A program made the position numbers and the translations under genes. A DNA stretch of 64,000 nt, taken from Nostoc sp. DedSLP01 (GTDB taxonomy: Bacteria > Cyanobacteriota > Cyanobacteriia > Cyanobacteriales > Nostocaceae). Under the pieces are notes generated by a model that worked only from the letters and a program-made list of their open reading frames with translations, did not search any database and was not told where the DNA came from. The DNA is taken from positions 112,744 through 176,743 of the forward strand of contig JAVRCJ020000015.1 in NCBI GenBank assembly GCA_034530875.2, in the 5' to 3' direction. Position 1 is the first letter of the stretch, and the number at the start of each line of letters is the position of its first letter. Shown here in pieces: positions 63,215 through 64,000 of the stretch.

Positions 63215-63814
63215 TGATGATACAGGGTTTTCCCCTTGCATGAAATATAAAGAACTTTACCAATCTTATCGGGTGCTTTTTAAACTGGGATGAAGTTTGA
63301 AGTTAACAATTCCCTCCTGTCCGTTGAACGACGAGGATTTTTCCTTCATTCAACATCCCCCTAAAAGCAGCCAGCCAGTAGGGTACGTTATCGTGCCAGC
63401 GTAACACCGTCAACTTGATGAAACTGATACATACACTTCCTCGATTTAGTATTTAAGTGTAAAGAAATGCGATCGCAATCGCTTCGATCCGCGATCCGTC
63501 CATACCATGATTTTTTAGCGCAATACGGATCTAGCTTGTCAGTTTGAACTGTGTAAAAAAGATGTAAAAAATGTAATCGTTTACCTCCACAAGTATTTAC
63601 CAAATAAAAAATAATAAACCAGTTGAGCAACAATCAGCAAAACGCTTTTGCTACAAGGTTTGTGAGAGACATTGCTCCTTACTCTCTAGAAATGATCGCG
63701 CAAAGTAAAGTGATAACTACTGATAAATATTGATAAATAGTGATAACTCTTATGTATCAATTGTTTCTATCATTCGCCTCTCTTCATAAGCCGCTGCCAC
63801 CATTGCGATCGCTG

Positions 63815-64000
63815 CTAGTTTGGCGGATCAATGCGTGTTAGCTGTACCAGGATAGCCCCAAGCTGGTTTAATGCCGCGTTAGTGGTTCGCTGATTCTCTA
63901 AAAAATCTCGCTTCAATTCCTCATGGCTATCGCGTAACTCTAGCAACACATCATCTAAGATCGCACTACGACCTAAGACACGTGTAACGTTATCAGTTAA
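63815..64000 (-). CDS. 3' end of a coiled-coil hypothetical protein (runs off the window)
   Basis: My translation ...LTDNVTRVLGRSAILDDVLLELRDSHEELKRDFLENQRTTNAALNQLGAILVQLTRIDPPN* is open to the window edge. Confidence 0.65.
   Translation of the reverse strand, partial: LTDNVTRVLGRSAILDDVLLELRDSHEELKRDFLENQRTTNAALNQLGAILVQLTRIDPPN

Noticed and set aside
63388..63633. 81-aa ORF, or the glutamine-synthetase partner expected beside a FluG-like amidohydrolase
   Set aside because: No GS motifs, and the composition looks non-coding.

Overview
This is a chromosomal window from a heterocyst-forming (Nostocales-type) cyanobacterium, judged from very frequent HIP1 (GCGATCGC), heptamer STRR tracts and gene content. 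Housekeeping genes include dxs, mtnA, prlC, cobW, tRNA-Lys(CTT), glcD, miaA, gyrB, sigA, an hli gene, a GyrA/ParC-type subunit, radC and a prk-family gene. Accessory modules stand out. (1) A four-gene minus-strand lipid-oxidation cluster encodes an alpha-dioxygenase-type heme peroxidase, a short catalase-fold protein, a GMC oxidoreductase and a patatin lipase; this is the best candidate for an undescribed oxylipin or fatty-acid pathway. (2) A DUF1822 / CHAT-CHASE2 / DUF928 module looks like a transmembrane protease receptor. (3) A DXCF-cyanobacteriochrome histidine kinase has its phospho-His replaced by Gln. (4) Two paralogous microproteins share a C-terminal motif; one is missing from the ORF track. 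(5) A secreted 20-aa-repeat protein sits before a MacAB/DevBCA-TolC exporter. (6) There is a candidate structured sRNA downstream of glcD. (7) Nested MITE-like elements and a family of 21-nt tandem arrays fill several intergenic gaps. All family assignments come from motif recognition by eye; no database search was run.
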